Below are positions 13,321 to 26,292 of a DNA stretch of 64,000 nucleotides, piece after piece. The first letter of the stretch is position 1. Each line of letters opens with the position of its first letter. Made by a program: the position numbers and the translations under genes. The stretch is from Strigamia acuminata (Eukaryota): assembly GCA_949358305.1 (NCBI GenBank), contig OX442314.1:2108001-2172000 (forward strand), given 5' to 3'. The notes beneath the pieces were generated by a model. That model made no database searches and was not told the DNA's origin. It was given only the letters and a program-made list of their open reading frames with translations.

Positions 13321-14310
13321 TTACTTTGAATGCTTTGTTAAATGTTTTTTAAAAGTATCATTTCGACTACTTGAATAATCACACAAATGGCACTTGAATG
13401 GTTTATCTCCTGTGTGGGTTAATAGATGTCTCTTTAAATTTCCACTTCCACTGCTGGAATAATCACAGAAATGGCACTTGAATGGTTTTTCTCCAGTATG
13501 TGTTAATAAATGTCTTTTTAGAGTTCCACTTTCATTGCTGCAATAATCACATAAATGGCATTTGAAAGGTTTTTCTCCTGTATGGGTTAATAAATGTCTT
13601 TTTAGATGTCCACTTCCAATACAAGAATAATCACACAAATGACAGTTGAATGGTTTTTCTCCAGTATGAATTGCAATATGTCTTCTTAAATCCTCAGTTC
13701 GAATACAGGAATAATCACACAAATGACACTTGAATGGTTTTTCTCCAGTATGAATTGCAATATGTTTTCTTAAATCTGAACTTGTAATGCAGGAATAATC
13801 ACACAAATGGCACTTGAATGGTTTTTCTCCTGAATGGGTTAATAAATGTCTTTTTAGATGCCCACTTTGATTGCATGAATAAGCACACAAATGGCACTTG
13901 AATGGTTTTTCTCCTGAATGGGTTAATAAATGTTGTTTTAGAGTTCCATTTTGACTGCAGGAATAATCACATAAATGGCACTCGAATGGTTTATCTCCAG
14001 TATGAGTTAATAAATGTTTTCTTAAATCCCCACTTCCAATACAGGAATAATTACACAAATGGCACTTGTATGGTTTTTCTCTAGTGTGGGTTAATAGATG
14101 TCTCTTTAAATTTCCACTTTCACTGCTGGAATAATCACACAAACGGCACTTGAATGGTTTTTCTCCAGTATGAATTCTCATATGGACAATCATGCATTGT
14201 TTAACCCGAAAGGAAAGTGAACATGTTTGACATTGGAAAGGCTTTTCACCAGTGTGTTTGAGCATATGATGTTTCAAAAGATAATAATTTGAACACGAAT
14301 AGTCGCACAA
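13321..14310 (-). CDS. Tandem C2H2 zinc-finger array (11 complete fingers plus 1 partial); 5' part of gene unresolved
   Basis: CxxC-x12-HxxxH repeats with TGEKPF linkers and 84-bp periodicity. Confidence 0.9.
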   Translation of the reverse strand: MCDYSCSNYYLLKHHMLKHTGEKPFQCQTCSLSFRVKQCMIVHMRIHTGEKPFKCRLCDYSSSESGNLKRHLLTHTREKPYKCHLCNYSCIGSGDLRKHLLTHTGDKPFECHLCDYSCSQNGTLKQHLLTHSGEKPFKCHLCAYSCNQSGHLKRHLLTHSGEKPFKCHLCDYSCITSSDLRKHIAIHTGEKPFKCHLCDYSCIRTEDLRRHIAIHTGEKPFNCHLCDYSCIGSGHLKRHLLTHTGEKPFKCHLCDYCSNESGTLKRHLLTHTGEKPFKCHFCDYSSSGSGNLKRHLLTHTGDKPFKCHLCDYSSSRNDTFKKHLTKHSK

Positions 14311-15168
14311 ATTGCTCCATTTTAAATAGAAAAAGAACGGGATTTATAGCTTGGTCGGTCAACGTTTGTTTCGGCGACTGGCGCTCACTTTCTGCTGGCA
14401 GAAGTCGCTCATCACACGGAAAATGATGGATGCACTCTCAACCTACAAGAAATTAAATGTTCCCTACATATTTGTAGAGTCTTCAAGAACTAACAGATCA
14501 TAAAACAGTGAAAAGTAAATCTCCATGTCCTAATTTCTTTAGTAGCATGTCTTACGTACCTCAATTCGTAGAATTCAAAATAAGCCTAACGATTCTCAAC
14601 TGTAGAAGCGCGCGCAACATGATCGGATCAGGGAATTGTGGGTAATCAAGAATGACTAAACAAATAGAGCCATCTCTGGAGCATTAATTGTGACTATCTT
14701 GTCAAGAGGATAATCAACACTACATGCTCATTAGTTGTGATAATATTGGTTACAAATCTGACCAAACGGACATAATCCCATTTGAATAAAGCCCCATTTG
14801 TAATATTTTTTTAAGTGTTGGAATGAAGAAACATTTGTCATCTTACACAGAAAGGGGAAATTAGAGAACAGGTGTTCAATATCCCGTCTTGACAAACCCT
14901 TTTGTCCCCCACCTTGTATATAAGTCCCCTCTAAATAGTGGACAGTCAGTCTGCACTAAGCATTCACCAGAGTTGGTCAGTCTCAGTTATTTGGTAAAAC
15001 TAACAGGTTACTACAAACCACAACAGAAAATTGGGACTAAAAATGTCGTGAAAAAGAGAAATTTACGACGAGGGGAAAAGCAGACCAGTGCGAGCAATTA
15101 ACAGTAAAACAACGGACAACATGGACATAAAAATCAACGTGAGCGACCACAACCAAAAAGCCCAGCAA

Positions 15169-15323
15169 CAGGGCTGGACTGGGAACAAATTTATTACCGG
15201 GAAATCTGGGTGTCCGGGCCACAATTAATGAAGTTGGGACAGGCCACAGCAGGCCGCGACAGACCACAGCGGCCACGGGCCACCGGGAAACTCCCGGTAG
15301 CCCGCCGGGCCAGTCCAGCACTG
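15169..15323. mobile_element. hAT-like MITE
   Basis: TIRs CAGGGCTGGACTGG / CCAGTCCAGCACTG; perfect 8-bp TSD CCCAGCAA (15161-15168, 15324-15331). Confidence 0.85.
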
Positions 15324-15399
15324 CCCAGCAAGGAGAGTGACTGCCAAATGAATTTAAAAATTTCCGAACCGCCATTGAAACCTGTGACACCTTACCAAC

Positions 15400-15625
15400 G
15401 TTGGAAAACTTACAAATCAAAATTCAGCTGAAGCTGAAAAGTATGGCGATGATGACACGAAAGGAAGTTCAGGTGCATTACTGACTAAATCACGCGTACG
15501 GAGGCCAAGTGGTAACAATAAAAAGTGTGGTAGGAACGATTCCAGACAAAATAAATTAAAATTCAAGGGAAAGTGTTGCAACTGCAACAATTTTGGGCAC
15601 CGAGCAAGCGAATGCAGAAACCCAA
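15400..15625 (+). pseudogene. Copia-like gag relic with CCHC knuckle
   Basis: FKGKCCNCNNFGHRASECRNP at 15562-15624. Confidence 0.55.
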
Positions 15626-16599
15626 ACCTTATAATTTGTGATTGTAATCTCTTGGCCACTCAAGGGTGACCTGCATCACTTCATACACTGCCCAATAGCC
15701 CCAAGGTCATCCCTCCTTGCAGAATGGTATGACCCCGTATGGAGGAGGAGGGAGCTGAGTGGTGTAGAGACAAAGGAGAGTTTTGGGTTTCAACCGACTG
15801 TGTAGAAGTGAAGTCTTGAAGCCAGCATGGGCAGTCGTGCCCTGTGCTGACTCTCCTCCCTTTTCAACACTGCAACGCTTAGTGGTGAGATGTCAGATCC
15901 ACCACAGCCTCCATGAGCGGTTGCATGGGCCGTACAGCTGAGTACGGCCACGTCATTCATGGGAATTCCTCCCTGTGTGTGGTTTGCCTTTGCGGCACAG
16001 CCAACACGCAGGTAGACGGGAGACTCCAACCTCTAGACAACGATTAATAAAGGCCAACAACCCAACAATCTGGAGTCCTTGTCTTATTTTACGTGAGTAT
16101 GCGTCCCACTCCATGGTAACCAATACCCAGGCTGCCATGGATAAGACCATACCATCATAAATTGATGAATTACTCTTACCACAAGCACTGTCTGCGCTGT
16201 TTCAGTTGTGTTTCCTGTTTTGAAAAATGAGTAAACAAAAATTCAATACTTTGAAACACAGTGGACAGTCACATACGTATTTGATGCACGCAATGCAGTC
16301 AAACTGCAAAATCCATTTCTGTGTTTAAAAAAATTCTAAGAGTGGGCGTGTGCATGACATTTAAACAACAAAACAAGTTTAACTGCAAGTTAGCATTTAG
16401 AGCAATTTAGATTAAACACCAGGCTGAAGTTGGCACAACATTAACATTCACCGTAATTAGAGATTGAATAGATCCCAATTTTTTTTAACACAGATTTCAA
16501 TTGTGTATATAATACATTTTATACATCAAACATTTGCATGCACACTAATGGAAAATCCTATAAAATCAGCAAAACGCTCCGAGTGTTCAAGTTAAGCAA

Positions 16600-17110
16600 T
16601 CAAATTTTAATGGACTGATTCTGCATGATATTGAACACGATTGAAATCGATCGACGACTTGGACACTTTCGATTCCAGGTGGCTCAAAGCGCAGCAATAC
16701 AATCTGAGAAAATTGGTCTTCCTGTACCCTCGCGACGACATTGAGGAAGAGCTGGATATAGGCGTGCTCACGTGTCCCAAAATTTCCAGAATCGACATGA
16801 CCCCGAATATCTTCACCCTCAAATTGCTGCACCGTTTGACGAAATTCAAGAAGTTGCGCAAGTTGTACGTCGACGTGCGTTATGACTCGGACGTGAAAAT
16901 AGCGGAGCAAAATGATGCGTTCGATTGAGTTTGTTTGCGCGATTTGCGGTTTGATAAATTGGTGGAATTTAGACTGTATGAGAGGACAGATCGTTGAGTT
17001 AGCTCTGTTTATTTGTTCGAGTTGTTAGACGTGTGTCCCAAACTGGAGAATCTCGTTCTTTTGCAGTGTTCCGGCTTCAGTAACAAAATTGCGCACTAGT
17101 GGCCGACGTG
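16600..17110 (+). pseudogene. LRR gene family copy 1 (3' fragment)
   Basis: DSRWLKA...DIEEELDIGVLTCPKI...TPNIFTLKLLHRLTKFK matches 18519-19145; in-frame stops follow. Confidence 0.75.
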
Positions 17111-17531
17111 TTGAACGTTGTTGTAAATCAGATTCCACAGAATGGAACTTTTTCACTTTTCAGCATCATCACTTCCTTCAAATGCCATTACATTACAAAA
17201 CCATTCAAACACGCAAACCACACACAAACCTCCATTAGCAATTCATGTCTTTTCATTAGTAAACAAAGCAGATGTTAAACCGCTAAAATTGCTATACCAA
17301 TAATCGCCATTTTTGGTTGTTTCTTTTTTATTGTTTACTTTGTCTTCTGGTTTTAATTTTCCCAAAATGGTTGCGTTTGAACGAATTATATACCCCGCTA
17401 ATTGTTTCATTACCTGTTGCTGTAGTAACTATTCTTGTAAATTTAGAAAATCGATATTTCTATTCATCGAGTTCAGAAAGGCCCCGACCAAATCAAAATT
17501 TCAGGCCGAAATATCATCAGCAGAATTAAAA

Positions 17532-19712
17532 ATGCAGACATTAACAGACCTGGCTATTAAAAGTCTATTCCGGTTCCTTATTCAACGGCCGGTTGAAGAA
17601 ATGGAGGAGGATCGACTGAGAAATACATTGGAATTAATGGAATACTTCGATGAAGAAAGTGTCGGACTAGGGCGGCGGGCCCGTAACGTTATTGAAATCG
17701 GCTTTTCCTTTCCTATGGCCCAGTCCAACCCTGAATAAACTACGTGAGTGTCACACGGATTAGTGCATTTATTTTGTAATTATCAATATGAAATTGTTTG
17801 ATTTAGCTCGTAATGTTCGTGAAGACTTGCTGAAATCATTGAATTACACGAGTTTTTGGGCCGCAAGTGTCCGCCGGCCAGAGACGTGGGATGTTGCTTT
17901 GTTTGTACACGAAGAGCAATATAAACTGGAGTTGCGGTCTATGAGTCCAAATTTGGATTTGGATTTTTTGTTTCGAGTATGTGGCCACAAGTTGAAAGTG
18001 AGTAGACAAAGAGAACTAAATCAACATACAAAAAATTCATTTTCAAGCAAAATAATGCATTTTCAAGCAAAATAATGCATTTTCAAGCAAAATAATGCAT
18101 TTTCAAGCAAAATAATGCATTTTCAAGCAAAATAATGCATTTTCAAGCAAAATAATGCATTTTCAAGCAAAATAATGCATTTTCAAACAAAATAATGCAT
18201 TTTCAAACAAAATAATGCATTTTCAAGCAAAATAATGCATTTTGATGTGCAAAAATTGCATCTTGAAGTGTACAATAAAAAACATACAAATCACGTTATG
18301 ACTTATATCGTGAATTGTATGTTTTATATTATATCTCGTAATAATGAAATCTCGTTTTGCCGAAACCGAGATCCTGAGACCGAGATACCGAGATTAGTAG
18401 ACGAGCGAAATCTGGAAGTGTAACATTTTACACAGAAGAAATTTGCGACATAACTTAATTAATTGTACTAATTGTATTCGCACAGAATCTGACATGGTTA
18501 GAACTGCCCAGGGAATGTATGCTGACAGCTAATGCCTGCAAAAGAATGTGCCAGACTTTGCCAAAGCTATTGACGCTCGATGCTCCTAACATCATCGTTG
18601 AAGACGACGCGGCGACATACTTCGCTCGGCTGCCACTCCATAGGTTTATTGCCAACGGAGCCAGCGAAGATTTTGTAAGAAAACTATGCGCACAAGACTC
18701 CACCCTCAGAAAAACGCTTACATGTTTCAAGTTGAGCGATGAACTTCCAATGGACTGTTTCTGCTTGATCTTGAACACGATGAAATCGATCCAACGTTTG
18801 GGCAATAACGACTCCAGGTGGCTCAAAGCGCTGCTGCCGATCGGCGCGCCACCGCAGCAATACGATTTGGTAACGCTGGTGTTAAAGCACCCTCACGACG
18901 AGATTGAGCAGGAGCTGGAGATAGCGGCGTTCAACTGTCCGAAAGTTGCCATAATGCACATCACTCCGAATATTTTTATTCTTAAAATGCTGCAGAGTTT
19001 GACGAAATTCAAGCAGTTGGAGATCTTGACTGTCGACATGCGTTTTGACTCGAACTTGAAAATAACGGAGGAAAATGAAATGACACGTTCGATCGAGCTT
19101 GTTTGCTCGATTTGCGCTTTGATAACTTGGAGCTATTTGACCTGATCTATCCCAACGATCGTTGGGTCAGTTCCGGTTATTTGTTCGAGTTTTTGGCTAT
19201 ATGTCCCAACCTGGAGAGACTCACTCTGACTTGTGAGCCGTTGCTACGGCTTTAGCAACAAAACTGCGCGCGAATTGGCCGATTTGATGGTGAAGAGAAA
19301 CGCTGGATTTTCGGTGATCCGTGCGGCTGTGAATTTTTTTTCTCGTTCGTTGCGGCCCTTACTATTCAGATTTGCCAGTTCAGCGCAGAAACTCCCGTTT
19401 TTGGATATTGATGGGTGCGACTTGTTGGGGCCGTCGGGAATTGCAGATCTACTAAAAATCGATTCTTTGACGTGGTTTGGAGTGATTTTGCGAATTAATG
19501 AGGTGAGAAGGCGACATTTCGACGTTGCTGCGACTGCAATGCAGCTAATGGCTGAAAAGCGCGATGTACTGCACATAAGGTTTGAAGAGCCGCCCCATGA
19601 AGTATTTGTAAATAATGACGATGGCGGTGGCTGTGTGTCTGCATTAATTCTATTTTTTTTGTATTCAAAAATAAAAAGTGAATATGTAGATCCAGAACAA
19701 ACTTTTTTATGA
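17532..19712 (+). pseudogene. LRR (RNI-like) gene family copy 2, frameshifted
   Basis: MQTLTDLAIKSL start, intron from ~17998, LxxLxL repeats; frame changes near 17700-17790 and ~19090 relative to paralogs. Confidence 0.7.
18041..18240. repeat. 20-bp minisatellite x10 (TTTCAAGCAAAATAATGCAT)
   Basis: Directly visible. Confidence 0.97.
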
Positions 19713-19805
19713 ATTCATGTGTGAAATCAAACAGTTTTGATGCAGAATTCAATACTTATCATTGAATTTTGCATCAAAACTAATAAGTTATCCCGTTTAT
19801 TTTCC

Positions 19806-20138
19806 TAACTCGTATTGGTTGAGCCGTCCCACTGGTATAGTGGCACAGAAAAGTAGCCCATGACATCAGGATTGTGATCTAACTAGGCAAAGCAACCAAT
19901 AAACTAAACCTTTATTTACCTGCCAAAAGAAACCAACAAACTATGCTAACTTTGTTTGATTGATTAAAAAGGGAAAAAGCTTATTTAGCAATTACAATAA
20001 ACATTTTATTATTAAATAAATAAAATCCATCATTCTAATCACTTTTTACACTGAAATTCATTGAAAATAATCAGAACTACTTTTCCGCGTAGAAGAGCAC
20101 AGTCCACTGGTGTAATCCGGCTCAACCAATAGGCGTTA
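19806..20138. mobile_element. Putative MITE
   Basis: Perfect 14-bp inverted repeat TATTGGTTGAGCCG (19813-19826) / CGGCTCAACCAATA (20118-20131), extending imperfectly outward. Confidence 0.5.
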
Positions 20139-20283
20139 AGACTACGTTGTATCAGTTTGGAGTATATAAAGATATAATAGTTTAGCATTTATTCAACAGT
20201 TGCATGTTTGTTAACCCGTTGCTGCAGTAACTATTGTTTGAAATTCAGAACCGCCCGACCAAGACCAAAATCTCTCCTCGAAA

Positions 20284-21357
20284 ATGCATTCATTACAGGA
20301 TATGTCTAGTAAAATTGTTTTAGGGCGTATTATTCAACGGCCTGTTGAAGATATGGAGGTCGATCGAGTGAGTACCACAGAGGAGTTAATGGATTACTTC
20401 GATAAAGTCTGTGCTGGACAGGCCCGGCGGGAAACCGGCAAATTCGCGGTGATTCGTGACGTTGTGAATTCTCTTTTTCATTTACTTTGGCCTCCTAACC
20501 TATTCAAATTTCTAAGTACCGAATATGAATCCAGTCCAGCCGTGGATAAACTACGTGAGTGTAACGGATTTATGGATTTTTTTGTAATTATTAATGTGAA
20601 ATTGTTTGATTTAGTTCGTAATGTTCGTGCAGATTTGCTGATGAAGTTGAACGACTTGGAGTTTTGGGACTGTTTTGGAATGTTGCTCTGTTTGTACACG
20701 AAGGGCAGAAAGAACTGAGGTTGGGGCGTATGAGTCCAAATTTTGATTTGGATTTTTTTTCTTCAAGTTTGTGGCCACAAGTTGGAGGTGAGTACAGAGA
20801 GAGAACTAAGTCAAAAATTGCATTTTCTAACAAACATTGCACAAGAATAAATTTTTCACACAAAAAATGTTTTATTGAATAGTAATCATATTTTGTACAT
20901 GAGAAATTTGAATGCACACTGATGTTAAATCCAAAAGACAACCCATTCTTGCAAAGAATTTGTTTAAATTCCACCAACTTCTATCTATTCGCACAGAATC
21001 TGACGGTGTTACAACTGCCCGAGGATGGTACACTGACAACCAAAGCCTCCAAACAAATGTACCAGAATTTGCCAAATCTCCAAGTACTGGACATTTCTAA
21101 CACCGTCGTTGAAGACGATGCGGCGACATACATCGCTCGGCTGCCACTCACTCATTTTAAGACCTGTAGAACAACGGATGATTTCGTACGCAAACTTTGC
21201 TCACAAAACTCCACACTCTGCAAAACCTTGCAAACGTTCACGTTTAGCGGAGAAATTTCATCAGACTGCTCCTTCTTGATGTCGAACAGGATGAAATTGC
21301 TCAAAAATTTGGACACTCGCCATCATCCTAGGTGGTTCAAAGCGCTGCCACCGAGAG
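20284..21357 (+). pseudogene. LRR gene family copy 3, frameshifted and 3'-truncated
   Basis: MHSLQDMSSKIV...IQRPVEDME; second exon QNLTVLQLP...VEDDAATYIARLPL; homology ends ~21357. Confidence 0.7.
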
Positions 21358-22099
21358 GTACAAGTGATTTATTACAGAAAATACACAGGTTTAAGCTTTA
21401 CTCGTAAGATCATCTGCTAACAGAAGTGTACCGTGCCCACAGACATTCCTGTGTGTATAAACTTGACAGAATCATCTGGTAGCAGAACATGTGCCAGTCT
21501 GTCACACCGGACTTTTTGTGGTACTCGCAGCTCTTTGCAGCTGAAAAGAAATGGTGAATGGCCATGAGAAAGGAACAAGATGGATGCCAATAAACATTTT
21601 TGAGACTACTTTTGGAGTTAGGATGAATAGGATAGCTAGTTTGTTTTTAATTTTTAATTTTTATTTATAAACAAATAAACTATTTTTCATAAATAGAATA
21701 TACAGTTGTTTGCATTTGTTGGCACAACTGATTGCTGCCATATTTGAGACCGGTTAAAAAAATATAAGCGGTCACAAATTATCAAGACTTCTGTGCCACA
21801 GAAGTTTTCTTGCCAGGAAACAAATATCAGCTTTCCGTTGCATCGACATGCCAGAAAGTTAATTTTTTTTGTCACAGAACATATCTCACAGACATTCTAA
21901 GACTGGAATGTAATTTGTGAGTACCAGTTTTTTCGGTAGGCAGACTGGTTTCCTACGTAGGAAACTGCTTATGAGTACTAAGCTTTAGCCATGATTGGCT
22001 GTTATACTATAGCTATTAAGTTGCAGGTATAAACACAAACCAAATGAAAAGTTCACTATTAATAAATTAATTGACAACAATTTCTTCAGCAGATTTAAA

Positions 22100-24217
22100 C
22101 ATGCTGGAATTAAAGGACCTGGCTATTCATATGGTTATAAGCCGTATGATTCAATGGAAAGTTTACAGAATGGACCACGTTCAGATAAAAAACGTGGTTG
22201 AATTAATCACTTATTTCGACTCATTACGTAAGCGACACACGAGTTTGTTAAATTTGTTTCGTCATTAACAAAATTGTCAATACACACGGTTCTATTTATA
22301 TTTAGCCTCTACTGTTCGTGGCGAAGTGTTGAACAGGTTCAATGAAGAGTTTTATCAGAGTTGTCGCGAGTTAAAGGCGTGGGACATTGCTCCATTTTTG
22401 TACAAACAGCAGAAAGAGCTTAAGATGCGATTTACAAGTGATAATTTTGATTTGGAATTTTTGTTTCAAGTTTGTGACTACAAATTAAAAGTGAGTATCA
22501 AGATGGACAAGAGAGAAGTGTAACTGCACACACACTGGTTGAAGTTGAAATTATTGTTAGGAGGGAAGAAAAAATAAAAAGGACTACAAATTAATAAACT
22601 TTCTTGTAAAAAATGCATTTTTAGTGCAAAAATTGAATTTTTAGTGCAAAAATTGAATTTTTAGTGCAAAAATTGAATTTTTAGTGCAAAAATTGAATTT
22701 TTAGTGCAAAAATTGAATTTTTAGTGCAAAAATTGAATTTTTAGTGCAAAAATTGAATTTTTAGTGCAAAAATTGAATTTTTTGTGCAAAAATTGAATTT
22801 TTTGTGCAAAAATTGAATTTTTAGTGCAAAAATTGAATTTTTAGTGCAAAAATTGAATTTTTAGTGCAAAAATTGAATTTTTAGTGCAAAAATTGAATTT
22901 TTAGTGCAAAAATTGAATTTTTAGTGCAAAAATTGAATTTTTAGTGCAAAAATTGAATTTTTAGTGCAGAAATTGAATTTTTAGTGCAAAAATTGAATTT
23001 TTAGTGCAAAAATTGAATTTTTAGTGCAAAAATTGAATTTTTAGTGCAAAAATTGAATTTTTAGTGCAAAAATTGAATTTTTAGTGCAAAAATTGAATTT
23101 TTAGTGCAAAAATTGAATTTTTAGTGCAAAAATTGAATTTTTAGTGCAAAAATTGAATTTTTAGTGCAAAAATTGAATTTTTAGTGCAAAAATTGAATTT
23201 TTAGTGCAAAAATTGAATTTTTAGTGCAAAAATTGAATTTTTAGTGCAAAAATTGAATTTTTAGTGCAACATCCTTCAACATCCTTCAAAGATTCCTTTA
23301 TAATTCTTTTAATTGTATCTACCGCATAGAGTCTGACGAGGTTAGAGTTACCTTACCATTGTCCACTGACAGGCAACGCCTGCAAACAATTCCTCCAAAT
23401 TTTGCCAAATCTACGGACGCTACATCTGTCCGGTCGTGTTGACGACGCCGCGGTCGTGTACATCGCCCAGCTGCCGCTCGTCGAGCTCGGTGTCGGTGGA
23501 GACTTGGAGAACTTGGAGTGGATAAGACAACTCTGCGCGGTCGACTCCGCACTCCGGAAAACCTTGCGAGTGTTCCGCTTGATGGTGAACTGCTTCAAGT
23601 TTGTATTGGACACGTTTGAATTTGCCACTCCCGAAATACTGCACAGTTTGTCGAGATTTAAAGAGTTGCGCACCTTGGACGTGACGTGTGCGGTCTCGGC
23701 CGAGAACACAATGGAGGGCAACCAGATGTTTGATCGCGATTGTTTGCGCGGTTTGTGTTTTGATAGTTTGCTGGAATTTCAGCTGCTCGATGACTTCGAT
23801 CACTGGATTTGTTCCGCTTTGTTTTTCAAGATGTTGGACGTGTGTCCAAATTTGGAGAAACTCGTTCTTGATAATGTGTGCAGTTTTAGCAATCAAATTG
23901 CGGGCGAGTTGGCTCAAATGATGGCAAAGAGGAAACTCAAGCATCTGGTAATTCGGAAGTGCGACTTGGTCGGGCCGTCTGCCATTGAGGATCTGGTGAA
24001 AATCGAGTCTCTGGTCAAGTTGGAGGTGACAATGCACCTCGATGAGAACAGAATTCAACGTTTTGGCGTTGTAGAGATAGAGCAAACGGTTGTAAAGTTG
24101 CAGCAAACGGCTGAAACACACGGTGTGAATTTGCAGCTCGTGTTTCTTCCCTGGGACGAGCAGGCCGATGATGACGAATTCAATGCACGAAGTCGATTTT
24201 ATATGTATGAAAAATAA
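22100..24217 (+). pseudogene. LRR gene family copy 4 (long open last exon, disrupted first exon)
   Basis: MLELKDLAIHMV start with stop at 22268; 23402-24217 encodes LRRs (CPNLEKLVLD, KLKHLVIRKCDL). Confidence 0.65.
22621..23269. repeat. 20-bp minisatellite x32 (TTAGTGCAAAAATTGAATTT)
   Basis: Directly visible, nearly homogeneous. Confidence 0.98.
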
Positions 24218-24721
24218 AAACGAAATATGCCGTGTCGAACAATGCATTCGTATTTGAGAAATAATAACATTGCAATTGCGTTTTGTAATACATTTTGTCG
24301 CGTCCTTTGCCGGTGATGTGTAATTACCAGCTCAAGGTGTATCTGTGATCGTTTTACTGTGAGAAAATGGGTTTAAATGATTTTGATGCAATTTTAATTG
24401 GGTGCAAGTGTATTCTCGCTTTCACGCATCGATATTCTTTCAAACCGATGAATTACGCGATGAATCGTGCGATGATGTAATAAGTTTGTGAAAGTTGAAC
24501 AATTGGACAATTGGCGTTTCTGAGTCCGCGAGGTCACCGGAACAATGGAGTCAGCTTGGTCCTCGCTTTTGGTCTCTCTCGGGTCCGTTTAAAAAGAATA
24601 AATTAATTAATATATTGTTTTTCAAACGATTATCAGTTTTAATTTAGTTTATTTTGTTACGTTTGGGGTTTTTGTTGTTTAGTTTATTGATTTTTGGCAT
24701 TGTTTGATTCAGCTCGAAATG

Positions 24722-26280
24722 TGTGACGATTCTACTTTTGGCTGAATAATTAGCCATTACAAGAGATAAATCGGTTTAGACAAGACATTTCTACAACTAG
24801 AAATAACCTAACCGAGATAAGCTACGGAAGTCTGTACAACGTGAATATGTGATCAAATATAACAACTTACGATTTTGTGTGATATAATTTACATGTTTAT
24901 TAACATTACAACTGGAGTTGGGGTTCTGGATAAGTGTAACGGCGGCTACACTGGTTGAGGTTCCGGGCGATGCTGTTCGAGTGGTGCGGCTGACTTTGCG
25001 GCATCGTCACAGTTAGCGCTACGGAGACGTATTCGGTCCCGCAGCTCGGATATCTATTAATACGAAGAATCCTTCGTATTTGGTCGGGAATATTCATTAG
25101 AATATTCCGTATTCAAATCATCAAAACATTATTAGTGTAATATAACAAATGAATTGTTATATTGTTATTCTATGGGCGGGGACAGTCACGACAGTCGAGG
25201 GAACCATCGCGGGAGTTGTTGAAGCTCCATCCGCCAGCATGCCTTACGACGACAAGATCTCGTGATCAGGCGCCGGGTATTTGTTTTCTGCGACGAGTCG
25301 CTTTCAGTGGTACCAACCACTGGGTAAACAGTTCCTGGGGGACTACCAGATCGGCATTACCAATACCCGAGTGTTTGTTTAGCGCAAGGTATGAATGCAA
25401 TTGCTCACGGGCCACCAACCCGGTGCGTCGCCTGTGAATAAGGCTTTTACCGACCTCGGACAAGTCTTGCCCACTTAACGGAAGGGCCAATGCACTGCAT
25501 CGGAACCCTGGGAAAACAGTTTGCCCGTATTTGTTTGACGGGTTTGACTTCCCGTATATGTGCTCTGGCAGAGCATCTGACCTATGATCGGAGAATCGCG
25601 CAGATAGATGCGACTATCACCGATCATATAATTTGATATTTGTTTAACAGGTTAATCAATCCCGTGCATGAGCGATATACTACGCCACCGTATGAAATCC
25701 TACTGTCCCTTAGAACAGCCGGCTAACACTACGGGGCCATTTCATGTGTGAAACATGTCTACAAGGTTAGCCTTCCCAGATGGGCCCTACAACAAGCAAT
25801 AACACGATAGTAATAATACATATCCATTGAGAGCTGAGGAGGCCCGATGTGTCGTGAGAGAAAGTGAGATCATACGATAACAACAATGCAATACAACAAT
25901 ATTCATTCAAGCCAAGCGGAGAGCTCGTGAGAACCAGAGCTTATATGGTTCTAGAGAACAATCAGATTGGCGACAGCCAATCAGGTGTCTGAATCGATGG
26001 ATTCGTGGATCACTAGTCCGGACCTAATATTGAACTGGGTCCCGAAGAGTCCGATTGGTCATCTTCAACAGGTAAGTAAAACCGGATATTGATTCGATAG
26101 AATCAATATCTCAAGTAAATAATACTTAGCTTAGTCCAATAAAATACTGTATATTTTATTCGCAACGTTATATTAATTCTTTAATATAACTCGCAACTTT
26201 ATCGAGTTTAAACTGCGCGCGTTAGACAAACAGCGCCATCTAGTGTGAACATTGGATAATACGGTTTTATAACCGTCACA
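24722..26280 (-). repeat. 3' LTR of copy 1 (type A, 1559 bp)
   Basis: Direct repeat of 37192-38750; adjacent to the PPT. Confidence 0.97.
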
Positions 26281-26292
26281 CATCCCCCGGTG
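26281..26292 (-). other. Polypurine tract
   Basis: CACCGGGGGATG immediately before TGTGACGG of the 3' LTR. Confidence 0.85.

Noticed and set aside
15660..16150. GC-richer stretch with several short ORFs
   Set aside because: No recognisable motif or consistent frame.
22621..23269. CRISPR-like array
   Set aside because: Contiguous units without spacers, intronic, eukaryotic context.
23420..24247. 275-aa minus-strand ORF
   Set aside because: Antisense shadow of the LRR exon.
24906..25490. Short ORFs repeated in every LTR
   Set aside because: Recurrence reflects LTR identity; no motifs.
25834..25870. Hammerhead-like CTGAGGA...GAAA
   Set aside because: Stem II cannot close and stems I/III are absent.
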